DNA of 61,682 bases, the filler included, from Dimargaris cristalligena (lineage: Eukaryota): NCBI GenBank assembly GCA_003614675.1. It is 7 parts of 7 records of this genome, joined end to end, with 100 filler letters (N's around TTAATTAATTAA, not from the genome) between each part and the next. Parts side by side here need not be neighbours in the genome. Positions count along the whole stretch, not along the records: positions 17,747 to 26,522 come from ML003310.1; positions 26,623 to 35,347 come from ML003311.1; positions 35,448 to 44,134 come from ML003312.1; 4 more parts are not named here. One strand, 5' to 3'. Shown here piece by piece: positions 22,605-35,502 of this stretch. Every line of letters begins with the position of its first letter. Position 1 is the first letter of the stretch. Below the pieces are notes generated by a model. The model was not told the origin of the DNA. It saw only the letters and a program-made list of their open reading frames with translations, and did no database searches. The translations under genes and the position numbers were made by a program.

Positions 22605-23770
22605 TTGAATTGACTTGTCAGCCCCCAATACTTTTATACTTCTCATGTATACTCTCATGTTTTCTTAATCGGGGCCCAATACGGCCTGGCACATTCCCAT
22701 ACATTCCCCTTCGCTTTACCGAGCCTCTAAATGGGCTACGGTTGGCCCGCGGATTGCGATTGATAGTAAAACTCAAATAAAATCTTAATCGAACATACAC
22801 CTGCATGTTTGGTGTTGGACTTTACGATATAAAAATAGCAGAGGGTTAGATTTTCCAGCTTATTAACCAATTACAGCTAGTTCGCAAACCCGGTTGAGTG
22901 ATAGGGGGTTTCACTGCCCTTAGGTTTTCATCACATGGCTTGGCGAGAAGCCATACCTTCATTTTGGGGATGCCTATCTGAAAAATTACACTTCTCATGC
23001 CCTATTCTACTCGCAGATTCAGTTATTTCGAATCCTACCCCCCTTTCCCAAAAACACCCTGGAAAAAAGCGACTTTGGAGCAATTAAACTCTGCTGCTTA
23101 AGATTTGAAGTGGTATCTGAATGGGCAGCCAGGTGGGCGATCATATTTTACCCCACAATGCCTCTCCCATAAATTCATTACAATCCAATTTTACAGGTGA
23201 AAAATACTCTACCCCCTCACTAACCACACTTTAGTCCTATCAACAAGCCCGATTAGGTTGAATATGACTATTTCGATCAGTCGTCTAAATGTCAGTTCTA
23301 GACGCATGCTCTCATTATCTGAACTGATTAGGCCAACCCAACACCTTTTCCCTCTAATATTGGGCCTCGGGAATATATACTTGGCCAAGACTGCTTCGGT
23401 GGAACGCGGTATCAATCCTGGCCCATCTATCTTCATGTCTAAATTTAGTGGCAGAAAATGGTTTAGCTGTTGTCACATAGTATAGTGTATACCATTTATA
23501 TAAAATGGTGGAACAATGAGATTACTGGACTGGCTGGACAATATACCAAATGTTAAATGATTTTTGAAATCATGTTGATTATCTCTAATTAAACAATACC
23601 ATGGCCACGGAATAGTTCACCAATAATCAAATTACATTTTAAAAGCATTGGGGCTCCACCATGGGCATCGAGGGTGGAGCTCAACAATTAGTCCCATAAA
23701 CGTGTATAACCTATCCTAGTCGAACGACGAGAAATATGTCGATTGGTTGGAAGACCTTTCAGTTCGAATT

Positions 23771-24793
23771 TTAGACCGGCTTGGGCCGCAGTGGGCCCAT
23801 TAGTGCCCACCCCCACCACCGCTGAAGGTAGCGAATCAACCGGTGATTGGGGTACGGGAAGATTTCCACAATTGTGTGTTTGCATACCCAGCCCGTTCGG
23901 TCATCGAACGAGTAGACAAAGACCCCCTCGTACTGTGAAGAAGGGAAATCGGGAACGTCCGTAAGCAAGGCCGAAGGACGTAGAGTGGCCTCGAACGACC
24001 ACCGCACGTAGAGATGGACGATGGTGTCATCGCCGGTGGGGGGTGCTAGGGGAGCCATGGGCTTCAATTGGCCATGGTTAGAGCTAAACCGGTGAATTGG
24101 TCCGGCGGAACTGGGAGGCGGGGAAGCAATCCCCTGTGTGGTGTTTGGCGGGTGAGATTGTTCAGCGAACTGCCCTTGAATTCGGATTGAATGCAGTTGG
24201 CTGGGTGGCGAGGTCTCTAATCCCCCGCCAGAGGGAGGAATGACCGAATCGGAAGGGGGCAGTTGGGAGTTATCGTTCCACGGCCCGGGGCGATGTTCCA
24301 TTTTGATGATGCGGAAATCAATATCTGTGTAGGACCATTTAATAATGCGTAAAATACACCGGACAAACCATAAATAAGCCCGTTTACCCGCAAGATGGAG
24401 GCCGGTGTGGTAGGGTTCGTTGATGGTCATCTGAGGAGTATAAATGGTGGGGTCTTGGATACCACGCCGGAAGATATGGGCCAAGTCTCGCTGGAGGACT
24501 TGGGTGGATCGACCGACATTCAGGACGTATTCGCTGGGTGCCGGAGGGTCGGAGTCGGCCTGGCCGGAGCCGCCTGAATTGTCACCATACAGACGAGTTT
24601 GGGCAGAGGTCCGATAGCCACAGTTAGGTAGGGTTTCGGCTAGTGCGAGGTAACGGCCTGGTCTCTGGGTCTGCAATTCGCTACTGGACCAGGCCCAGAC
24701 TTGACGCAAAAATGGCCTATGGGACCATTGCAACCCTCGATGAGCGAAGAAGGACTGGCTGCTTTGTCTGTTAAGCAGACGGGTTCGGTACAT
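23771..24793 (-). CDS. Conserved hypothetical protein, DUF2358/C6orf136-like, probably mitochondrial
   Basis: ATG at 24793, basic presequence-like start; core LNVGRSTQVLQRDL, IYTPQM, G.RAY, then VRW...YEGVFVYSFD..GWVCKH. Family assignment is from memory of the motif pattern. Confidence 0.55.
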   Translation of the reverse strand: MYRTRLLNRQSSQSFFAHRGLQWSHRPFLRQVWAWSSSELQTQRPGRYLALAETLPNCGYRTSAQTRLYGDNSGGSGQADSDPPAPSEYVLNVGRSTQVLQRDLAHIFRRGIQDPTIYTPQMTINEPYHTGLHLAGKRAYLWFVRCILRIIKWSYTDIDFRIIKMEHRPGPWNDNSQLPPSDSVIPPSGGGLETSPPSQLHSIRIQGQFAEQSHPPNTTQGIASPPPSSAGPIHRFSSNHGQLKPMAPLAPPTGDDTIVHLYVRWSFEATLRPSALLTDVPDFPSSQYEGVFVYSFDDRTGWVCKHTIVEIFPYPNHRLIRYLQRWWGWALMGPLRPKPV

Positions 24794-25249
24794 GGTGAGG
24801 AATGAAGACAACGAAGTAGACTAGGGTCGAGTGCACTCACTAAGTTGCCTTGCGAGTAGGATAAATGCGGCCAATGAAGATAGAGGCGTATTGGTTCTCC
24901 TGGATTTTACCGGACAGGGGAAATGGGTGATAAAGCAACTCTACAGATAAAAGTGGCAGACCTTTCCAGGAAGGCTGGTAGGGTTACGCAAGCAAGCGAA
25001 AAACCTTTACATTGTAAGTGTACAGGCAAGTGAGGAATAGAGGGTCACAAACAGAACCTGCCCATGTTTATTTTCCTAATAGTCGTATGGACAAAAGCAA
25101 GTCTCAGAGCTGACTTTTGAACGGGGGGGGAGGATATTTTTTCGGTTCGATAAAATTGGGCCTTAGGCAATGCGACGATCCGGCTCGGTCGTTGCATTTC
25201 CAAAATTATTATAGTTATTGTTTTCTGACCCCAATTTCACGCAAGCACC

Positions 25250-26522
<1,273 letters not shown>

Positions 26523-26622
26523 NNNNNNNNNNNNNNNNNNNNNNNNNNNNNNNNNNNNNNNNNNNNTTAATTAATTAANNNNNNNNNNNNNNNNNNNNNN
26601 NNNNNNNNNNNNNNNNNNNNNN
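26523..26622. other. Artificial contig-joining spacer
   Basis: N44-TTAATTAATTAA(26567-26578)-N44. Confidence 0.97.
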
Positions 26623-29263
26623 CCCCCTTGCTGCCACCTCTTGGAACAGCAAGTCTATCATCACCTTTCCCTTTTATTATCTATCTTTTCAAATAAAGCT
26701 CAGTTTTCAAGGATTTGAGTTCAGTTCTTTATATACAGTAAGGTTATAAATGTGATACTCAGAAAAATAAACTAATTAAAAAGAAATATATAATTATTGT
26801 ATAACAATAATAACTTATAAAAAGGGAAAACTTAGGCTAGCAGTACTAATTCCTTGACTAATCACCTAAATATGGATGGTGGTTTCAATAAAAGAGGAAA
26901 AATAAATAAGATAATGGCAAATACTACTATAGCCATTTGGCTATATCACAACAAAATGGCTACATATGGGTTTAAAAGTAACCCCTGGATGCCCACCTCT
27001 ATTATACTACTGGCCCTGCCACCCCCCTCTGTTAAAGTTTTATTGCAAGGTCCTGCTACTAAGTAGCAGTGGCCAATGCTTTCTTTTATTTGACGCCCCC
27101 AGGGTGGAGATTTAAAATGCCATATAGGTGCTACTCCTTGTGACCCTGTATAAATAAATCACTATTATTCCAGTTACACATGGCCATAACTGAAAATGTC
27201 TATTAAATACAGTATCTATTAACTAATTTTTAGATTATAGTCTCTGATGTGTTTGGATAGCCATATGGCACTAATTCCAGGCTGGGTTCTATTGGTGCAA
27301 TAGTCCATAACCCATAGATGGCTTTCGTTTACCTATATCCCATGGGTTTCAATTTCTTAAGTGCTGAATTTCAACAATACTATAGTATATACTGCCATTC
27401 CAGCTGAAAATTAGGTTGGGTTAAAAGAAACGTATGGACATAGTTCACTCCAGCCGCATTAAAATTTGAATGATACATTTTTGGGGGGTATTAATTGGGG
27501 TTGGTGCTCTCATATGAATTTTGGGAAATACATGGCATGGAAGGTGTTATCTTGGCATCACACCTCAGTAAAATGGGTTTAGAGTTCGCTGCAATAGATT
27601 TTATGTAAGATTAATGGTAGGGTCAGTTGATATGGCATCTCGCCCACAGTTCCCAATTGCTTCCATAATATGCAATTGAACTGTTAGCTGATACCTCCCA
27701 GTCATTTCTCAATGGAGGTACGAAGATCAAATAGTATGAAATGGATTAATATCGTATAGAATCAATAAATACCCTTGGTAAACATACCCCGCACCATGGG
27801 GGACTTCTAATGAAGTATAATCGATGATATCTACGATACATTCAAAACCCAAACCAATGAGAACTAGTAAAAATTAACATTTTCCCATATACTTTAAGCA
27901 ACGGGGGTTTCCCTCATCTGTAGGCAAGAAATGATTGTGGACCGTAAGACCCCAAGAAAAGCGACCCATGGGGTTCACTTTATTTGGTTTAGGAAATAAT
28001 TAGCGGCCAACAGCCAAAAGTAATTACCGGGACCGCCTTCGGACAAATGTTGGAGTTGGGGCACCACACCCGCTGGTTGGTATAGCGGGGAATTTAGGGA
28101 TCATTGATGAAGCCTTCAACATACCATTAGTAATGAGCCGGGTATGTTTATTAAGAAGGCGGACCCGCCTGTTCAGTGGGGATGCGGGGAGTACAACTGC
28201 TGAGAGTCATCCAGAGTAAACAGTCTCAGCCAAGGGGAAGTTGGAGGGATACATGGTTATACCTCAAGTACATGGGGTCGGGGATGGCGATGTGGATGGT
28301 GACACTAAGGCAGTTGGGGCAACTCCTGGAACTACCCGATCCAGATAGGGCTATATTTGATTAATAAGCCCAGCTGAATATATCATTACAATCGGGAGAA
28401 TTGAATAAATGGTAATAAAGGAATGTCAGGGGCGCCGGGCAGGCCCGTCAGCGCATGTGGGGGACGTTATATCGGAGTTCCAACTACTTTAATTGCATTG
28501 GCCACAAATTGCAAGTTAAACCAACTAGATGACTTACCTCTCCCCGCATCTCCCTCCTCACACTGTTATTTCCCTGCGTCTACCTGACAGGATATCTTCT
28601 TCATGGTATATCCACCCCCTTCCAACATCCGCACTGTTTTCGATTCAATCGTTTATTAAAGCACCCCACTACGTTTACCTTAAGCTAATCTTGTAATTGA
28701 CCGGGTCCATTCACATTCGACACTCAAGCTGTAAGAAACACACTGGTGCACCCCCACACTGGCCCAAGTCCCTTCCCCTTCCCCAATAACAGTTACACCG
28801 CCCCTCCATCCCACACCGTTGACACCTCCTTATTTTGCCTACACCCATTCATTGTTTCACTGACTTGTCATTGCATTAGACAGGGTAGTAAGGATTGGGA
28901 TATTTTGGGGAGAGGAAAGACGGGTTGGTCCCCGCCAGGCTGACTGTTGTGACCAGCTTAGCGTGGTCGCCTTAGTTACTATTAGGTCCAATGGGATGTT
29001 CAATGATTTATCCACCTTTAAGACTGTGATATATATATATACTGATTGCTATTTATACATAGTCCGGACCCTTTCCAGAACTGCCCAGCACCTTGTTCTT
29101 CCCTCGTCATCTTTCGCAGTCCAGCCCGGCCTCTTGTTTCGCTATTACTTCTTTCTTGCCCGTCTCCTCCTTTGCTTGATCCGGTTTATTGGCGAGTCGA
29201 AGACGCCCACCCCTCCACTTCAAAGCCCTTACCCCCCTCTTCCGTACCGCCCGCCTACCCAAC

Positions 29264-29830
29264 ATGTCTATCCAAAAGCACTGGTTCAAGGACGCCTTTT
29301 TCACATCCTTCGAAAACGGGAAAGACCTAACCAAAGAGCCCATCAGCAATGAAAAGACGCTGCCCGTGTGTGTCAAGTGCTCGCTGCACCATCACACCTT
29401 GATGCCCGGGTTCTACTCGGCCTTTGACCTCGAGAAGCATACCTGCGAGCACGTCCACGAGTACATCCACAACCACTTTTTGTGCACCTGCGTCATTGAC
29501 CTCTGCTCGGGCGTTACGTGCGCCACGCACGGGTGCTGGCATCCCACCATTGACATTTTCGAAACGGACACCGAAGTGACCATTCAGGCCGAACTGCCCG
29601 GCGTGGACGGCACCAAGGTGATTTGTGACGTCTACAAGGGTTCGTTGATGATTGTCGGTGAGACCCATCGGGACGAGAAAATGCAAAAGTCCCTCACGCA
29701 CGGTGAGCGCGACGTCGGTAACTTCTGCCGCCGGATTCCGCTGCCTGATATTGTGCTGTCCCAGGCTAAGGACTCAAAGGCCAGCTTCACTAACGGTGTG
29801 CTCACCATTGTCTTGCCCAAGAAAAAGTAA
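29264..29830 (+). CDS. Small heat-shock protein (HSP20/alpha-crystallin domain) with a Cys/His-rich N-terminus, 188 aa
   Basis: PTIDIFET, AELPGV, ERDVGNFCRRIPLP, ASFTNGVLTIVLPK; first ATG at 29264. Confidence 0.9.
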   Translation: MSIQKHWFKDAFFTSFENGKDLTKEPISNEKTLPVCVKCSLHHHTLMPGFYSAFDLEKHTCEHVHEYIHNHFLCTCVIDLCSGVTCATHGCWHPTIDIFETDTEVTIQAELPGVDGTKVICDVYKGSLMIVGETHRDEKMQKSLTHGERDVGNFCRRIPLPDIVLSQAKDSKASFTNGVLTIVLPKKK

Positions 29831-32800
29831 TCTCAATTGTATCCCACACACTGGCACCCACATACGCCTTCTTACAGCTATTTACGGATTGGGTGGTGGG
29901 GGTATTGGTTGAGTCCATGAGGGGGGGGGTTTGAAAACCCCACGATTCTGACCACTCTTGACCATTTGCCTTCCACTGCCCAGTCCAAGTATTCCGCTTC
30001 ACCCCCTTCCGCATATCTCGGGATGTAAGGTTGATGTATTCTGTGATGGTTCAGTAGAATTGGCCACCTGGTCACTCTCATTCAGACGCACCTATGCGTA
30101 CATAATAATTATATCCCTCCGTCTTGTTTCAGTTACTACCAAGCACATTTCCCCTTTGGAAGAATTCGTTTCTTCACCATCCCCTTATAAGACTAAGTTC
30201 GGTAGATACATTCATACCTTCAATACTTCATTATATTTTTTTTTAAAACCCAGGCGCTATTGACCAATTAACTCGGTATGGTTTCATTTTTTTCTTCGTA
30301 TTCAATCCCCTCCCTCTGCGTTTTTCATCCACAAAGAAATATAATTCGTACTTTGCCATCATCATCCACCCGGCAGGCATGATGTGCAAGCATTAGCCTT
30401 CGTTGGAAGAGGACTTTACTTAATAAAGGTGCAACATTAGCACAATATACCCGAACTGTATCGATATCCCGTGTTGCTAGACTCTAGAAATGGGTCTTAT
30501 GGGCGTTATATCAACTAATAGTGTAGACCGAACTTCTACATATTGTGATTCCGCCAAGGGTCTTTTCCTATGCTTCCGACACTATTCGCCCGTCTATATT
30601 TGTAAAACACCGTTAGGAATAATGTCTGTCTAAAGGTCAATTTCCCGGCGGCGGGTCTGTCCGGCGGGAGCCGTAAAACTGGAAAAGGGAAATGGGACTG
30701 ATGCACGGAAACGTGGATCTATTGTCCGACGATGAGTAGTCAACATATATTGGGGAATTATTCAGTCGATTAACACGGGAAAATTTATTACGCGTAATTG
30801 AAGACAGTGAGTGTTACTTGAGCGAGGGTATCTTACGATATGAAGGATCAAGGCCGGGTAGCGGAATAGTCACCAGTTGCCATCCTCGAGGTTGGAAATG
30901 ATGTGTATCTCCACTTGGGGAGTCTGGGAGCCTAATAGGCAGTCTGGATAATATAGGGGTTCAGTCTAGACCACATTACCTTTCTCTTTATCCACTCTGG
31001 CCAACCTTGGCAGGCGGGGTTGAAGATTCCGAGCTGGTTTGTTGGAAGTCGAATAGGTTCTTTGTGTTAGTTGCGCTGGCGCCTTGTTGGGGGTAAACAC
31101 CTAATAATATTTATCCTGCTTCGGAGCATCTGTGATTCTTGGAGGTGGAGCCTGGGTTAGCTCTGGCACTAGTATAACAATCCTAGCAGCCCCGATATTC
31201 TGGGTGCTTCTTGCTATCCGCCACCCCTTTTTACACGGTTTATGGGCAGGGTTTATCGACAGATGATTCAAACAAGGCAGTTGGCGAATCACTGCCGCCG
31301 AATTAAACACTTCCCCTAGTCCCCCATGCATTGCGGGATATAGTATTCATCTTGAAGTATAGACCCAAGGCTGGAGTATGAGTGAAAGAGGGCGGATTGT
31401 AATTATGAGTTTAAATAAAGCAACCAGTTCAGAATCGCTAAGCAAGGTGTGCGCATGGTGGAGGCGGGCTCTTGCTATAAATGTGCGTTTTTGAGGCACA
31501 AGGTACAAACCGGGTTATTGGAGAGTGAGAAAATTGACCCAGGTAGCGGTTAAAATAATATAAGCAAGAAACATGATAAACAGCCGGCCGCAGTCAGGCT
31601 AAGATATCAGGACCTAGCACAAAACTTGAATAAAGCAACGCAAATCATTCGGCGGGGTTTAATAGTGAATGCAAAGAGTCCGAGGCGGCAGGGTGCCCTT
31701 AGTACTGCATAGAGTAGGGTTGCCTCTGTAAGCTGAAGAGGTGGTTATTTTGAGCTGCGCAAGTCGGGCGAATATTAAGACAATGAGAGTACTTGGTGAG
31801 CCGATTCGGGAGGTCCTGTACCAATACCACAGCTCTTTTCCCCTTTGACTAGGGGGACTTTAATATCTGCCCTTCTTTTTCCAGGCGCCACAGCTGTTGA
31901 GTGAATGGAGGGAGCTATGCCATTAGTTAGGATGGATTGGAATGAATCGATGACACCCCTAGAACCGGTCCATGGTGTCCAAAGTCCCTTTATCGGGTAA
32001 GATAAGTGGCGCCACTCTTAACCCACCCCAGATCCCCGGGCACCACCAAGGGATATGTTTGGGATTCAGTCCTTCGACAGGGGAGGAAGAAGTGTTTCTA
32101 AAGGGGTAGCGTGCATTAGAAATGACCGGGGTGGGTGGGATGTTGCCTGACCAATTCCGTACCCAGGGGGGTCTCCTGGCTGATGACTTCAGCGGCAAAG
32201 CAAAAGCAACGGAAGTGCATAAAGTAGATGAGGATAAAGTACTGGTAATGGACCCCATCCCCCTGTATTGGGAGCGGGATGCCATGTTTGATTGCTTATA
32301 CTATTCGAGGCCCAAGCCATTTTATCCCAGTAAAGTTGTGGCTCAAGCCCGTTACATCTCCCTTGGTTGTGGCGGGGCAAATCTAACGAAGTTCCAGCAG
32401 TGTCTGGGCTATCGGAAAGGTGCTGGTGCAAAACCCACTTTGGCCGACCGTTTCCCTTTTTCCCGTTGGTTCAGTACTGGCTGATTTGGCGGCAGCCCCG
32501 CTCTTCTGCCAACTCAATCAGAATAGGCAAAGCGGGCCATCTAAAGGCGTATCGCACCTAAAGGAATATCAGGTGATTTCTTAGCCGTACCAAGTGAAAA
32601 GGACGACCAGTTCTGTATCTAACCCACCAGGACCAGTGTGCAATCAACGGCAGATCAGCATGGCCCTGCGTTTAGGGCACAATCATCCGATACTGACAAG
32701 TTAGACGACTGATAAAGTCCGACCTGCTACGAACCAGGCGGGTCCTGCGCCAGTGGAAAGGGGCCGCCCCTTGCCATTAGCCTAATGCTACCAGAATAGC

Positions 32801-33231
32801 GGTGGGGGTAGTAGTCCTCCCCCCTTCTTTACCAGTTCCCCTATTCCCACCACTGTTGTGTGTCTTGGTTGTCCCAGTCGGCCTGGACTGCACTTCCCTC
32901 CCTAGGGGCAACTCCATCCTTCAAATCAACCACCCTCTACCCTTCCTCAGCTATATATATAAACCCGCTCGGGCGCCTCCATCATGTACGCTTGTTCCGG
33001 GTTCCGCCGTCCGCGCTTGCATTATTTTCCTTTCATCTATGTATTTATTACCATTCACTAATCCATCGTCTTGGTGACCCATTGTGGATCAATCTGATTA
33101 ATTGCACCCGCTTATCCGTCCAATTTCAGGAGGTGACTTACTTGCCTCTTTACTCATATATATTAATTTCAATTCTCAGTTGGCCTGGATTGTCTTCCCA
33201 GCCTATCCCTGAACAGCCGCACACTGCCAAA

Positions 33232-34377
33232 ATGGGCGAAAAAATCGAGTACGTGACTCCGACCACGGACATCGAGTCCACCTTTCAGCCCCCTAACATC
33301 AGCATCAAGGAGCTCCGTGACGCTGTACCCGCCCACTGCTTTGAACGCAGCGCCCTTCGGTCGTCTCTGTACGTGGCCCACGATCTATTTTTCGTCGCCC
33401 TATTCGGGTACTTGGCCACCTTCATCGACACCAGTCTGCCTATTTCACTGCGCCTGTTGGCCTGGCCCCTGTATTGGGTGGCTCAGGGCATCGTCAGCAC
33501 CGGTATCTGGGTTATCGGGCATGAATGCGGTCACCATTCGTATTCTTCGTCCCCATCCATCAACAACGCCGTTGGCTGGGTTCTGCACTCGGCCCTTCTG
33601 GTACCCTTCTATTCCTGGCGCTACTCCCACTCCAACCACCACAAAGCCACCAACCACATGCAACGCGACGAAGTGTTTGTTCCCAGGACCCGCCGGATGC
33701 GTCGGGTTGCCGCCACTGCCCCCGTGATCCCTTCGATTCTGGCCGCTACCGACGATGCGCCCCTGAAGACCCTCTACGCTGTGTTGGGTATGACCATTGC
33801 CGGGTGGCCCCTGTATGTTTTCACTAATATTGGTGGTCCCAAGTACGCCAGAGGGTCCAGCCACTTTGACCCCAATAGTGTGCTGTTCAAGCCCCACCAG
33901 TATAACGATATCTTGCTGTCCGACCTTGGTGTATTGTTGGCCCTGGGTGCCCTGAGCTATGCTAGCTACACCTTCTCGATCCTTACCGTGATCAAATTCT
34001 ACGTTATCCCCTACCTCATGGTTAACTTCTGGCTGGTCACCATCACCTTTTTGCAGCATACCCACCCTGCGGTGCCCCATTACCGCCCCAAGGAGTGGAC
34101 CTTTATTCGCGGTGCGCTGGCCACCGTCGACCGTAGTTTCGGTCCTCTGCTCAACTTCTGCCTCCATAATATCACCGACACCCATGTCGCCCACCACTTG
34201 TTTTCCACCATCCCCCACTACCATGCCATGGAAGCCACGGTGGCTATCCGCAAGGTGCTTGGCCCCCATTACTTCAATGATCAAACTCACTGGGCCAAGG
34301 CCCTGTGGGATACTAATGCCCACTGCCGTTTCGTGGAGGACGAAGGCGACATCCTGTTTTGGCGTCGCCCAGCTTAA
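33232..34377 (+). CDS. FAD2: Delta-12 (omega-6) fatty acid desaturase, FAD2 family, 381 aa
   Basis: His boxes HECGH, HSNHH and HVAHH; AVPAHCFERS, ITFLQHT, GALATVDR; ATG 33232 in AAAATGG context. Delta-15 or bifunctional activity cannot be excluded. Confidence 0.9.
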   Translation: MGEKIEYVTPTTDIESTFQPPNISIKELRDAVPAHCFERSALRSSLYVAHDLFFVALFGYLATFIDTSLPISLRLLAWPLYWVAQGIVSTGIWVIGHECGHHSYSSSPSINNAVGWVLHSALLVPFYSWRYSHSNHHKATNHMQRDEVFVPRTRRMRRVAATAPVIPSILAATDDAPLKTLYAVLGMTIAGWPLYVFTNIGGPKYARGSSHFDPNSVLFKPHQYNDILLSDLGVLLALGALSYASYTFSILTVIKFYVIPYLMVNFWLVTITFLQHTHPAVPHYRPKEWTFIRGALATVDRSFGPLLNFCLHNITDTHVAHHLFSTIPHYHAMEATVAIRKVLGPHYFNDQTHWAKALWDTNAHCRFVEDEGDILFWRRPA

Positions 34378-35347
34378 TTTTCCATTCATATTCATTTCAT
34401 GAGATTTAAGGTCAGCTCATATAAAATCTGCCAATGTACTTTTTCGTAGCCTACCATTATTCACATACCAAGACCCGACTTACTAGCCTTAGACCCTCAC
34501 CCAGTGGGTTTCTACTACAAATAAAATTTGGCATCAACTTCTTCGGACACACTGATGACTGTTATTTCCATACAAATGATGTGCCCATTTGGAGAAGATA
34601 GAATGGCGGCAGATATCAATCAACCCAACTCACATTCTTCGCCGTCAAAATAGTTTTGCTGATGGTATCTCTGCCGGGTGTATTGTACAGCACCCCTAAG
34701 TGTCCATTCAGCAAATTGGCAGATCGGGGTCCCATTCTTGTTGGGTTGAACCGAATTGTACCAATACTGATTCACTCCCTATCCCTATCTCTGATCAGAG
34801 TTAAAAAGGCTGTGGGAAAGCCGCCCCTCTCGTTGCATTTTTACCTACAGCCACCTTTCCTTTGTTGTTTCACAGGACATACAAGTTGGCAAAGAACGAT
34901 GCTGCCAACCATGATACTCCGACTAGCAAGGTTTGGTTGGATTGGTGAATACTAGGGAATCCCGGTTTGATGAAACATGTCCCAAGCATGGGTAAGAGTG
35001 TAGGACCGACTGTGGTACTTCATGTGGGTTATAGGTTGCCCCTTAGGTTGGCCAAAACAAAAAAATAATGAGGGAATATTTTCTTAAGGGTTCCAGGCGG
35101 TTATCCCCGACCAAGAAGGAGGCTGGGCTATCCACCGTAAGTACGGGTTATTCGGATCATGGCTAGGGAAACGGAATTACTTTGTTTGACTTCTCTGGTT
35201 TTCAAGGTGTTGTGGCCGGGCCTGCTTAAACTCTAATAGCATATCCCGGCCAAACTATTTTTAGTTTAGAAAAGATGAAGAACATCACCAAATATCAGTC
35301 TTCATCTTTTCCCACCCAGTTATAAGCCATTCGATGGCTAGGCCGTT

Positions 35348-35447
35348 NNNNNNNNNNNNNNNNNNNNNNNNNNNNNNNNNNNNNNNNNNNNTTAATTAAT
35401 TAANNNNNNNNNNNNNNNNNNNNNNNNNNNNNNNNNNNNNNNNNNNN
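35348..35447. other. Artificial contig-joining spacer
   Basis: N44-TTAATTAATTAA(35392-35403)-N44. Confidence 0.97.
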
Positions 35448-35502
35448 CCCACATAGGTGCTGAATGTGACGTTTTACGCCCCTTGTCGAACACACAATAT
35501 TT
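35448..35502. repeat. 55-bp exact inverted copy of 38818-38872 at the contig start
   Basis: CCCACATAGGTGCTGAATGTGACGTTTTACGCCCCTTGTCGAACACACAATATTT is the reverse complement of 38818-38872. Confidence 0.95.

Noticed and set aside
29068-29082. Heat-shock element upstream of the sHSP
   Set aside because: Only two nGAAn units (TTCCAGAA) are present, downstream of the TATA-like run; too weak to call.
30710-30750. Hammerhead-ribozyme-like CTGATG...GAAAC
   Set aside because: The core reads CTGATGC rather than CTGANGA, and the three-stem junction cannot be built.
30300-32800. Short ORFs between the sHSP and the desaturase (e.g. 32122-32484)
   Set aside because: No recognisable motifs, splice support or coding-like codon bias.
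32860-33231. 124-aa N-terminal extension of the desaturase in the ORF track
   Set aside because: It starts at a non-ATG codon and runs through a TATA-like and AT-rich leader; family similarity begins after ATG 33232.
33445-34395. Long antisense ORFs (316 aa here; also 10643-11422, 44547-45128 and many within MED23 and the F-box gene)
   Set aside because: They are shadows of GC3-rich sense genes and carry no recognisable motifs.
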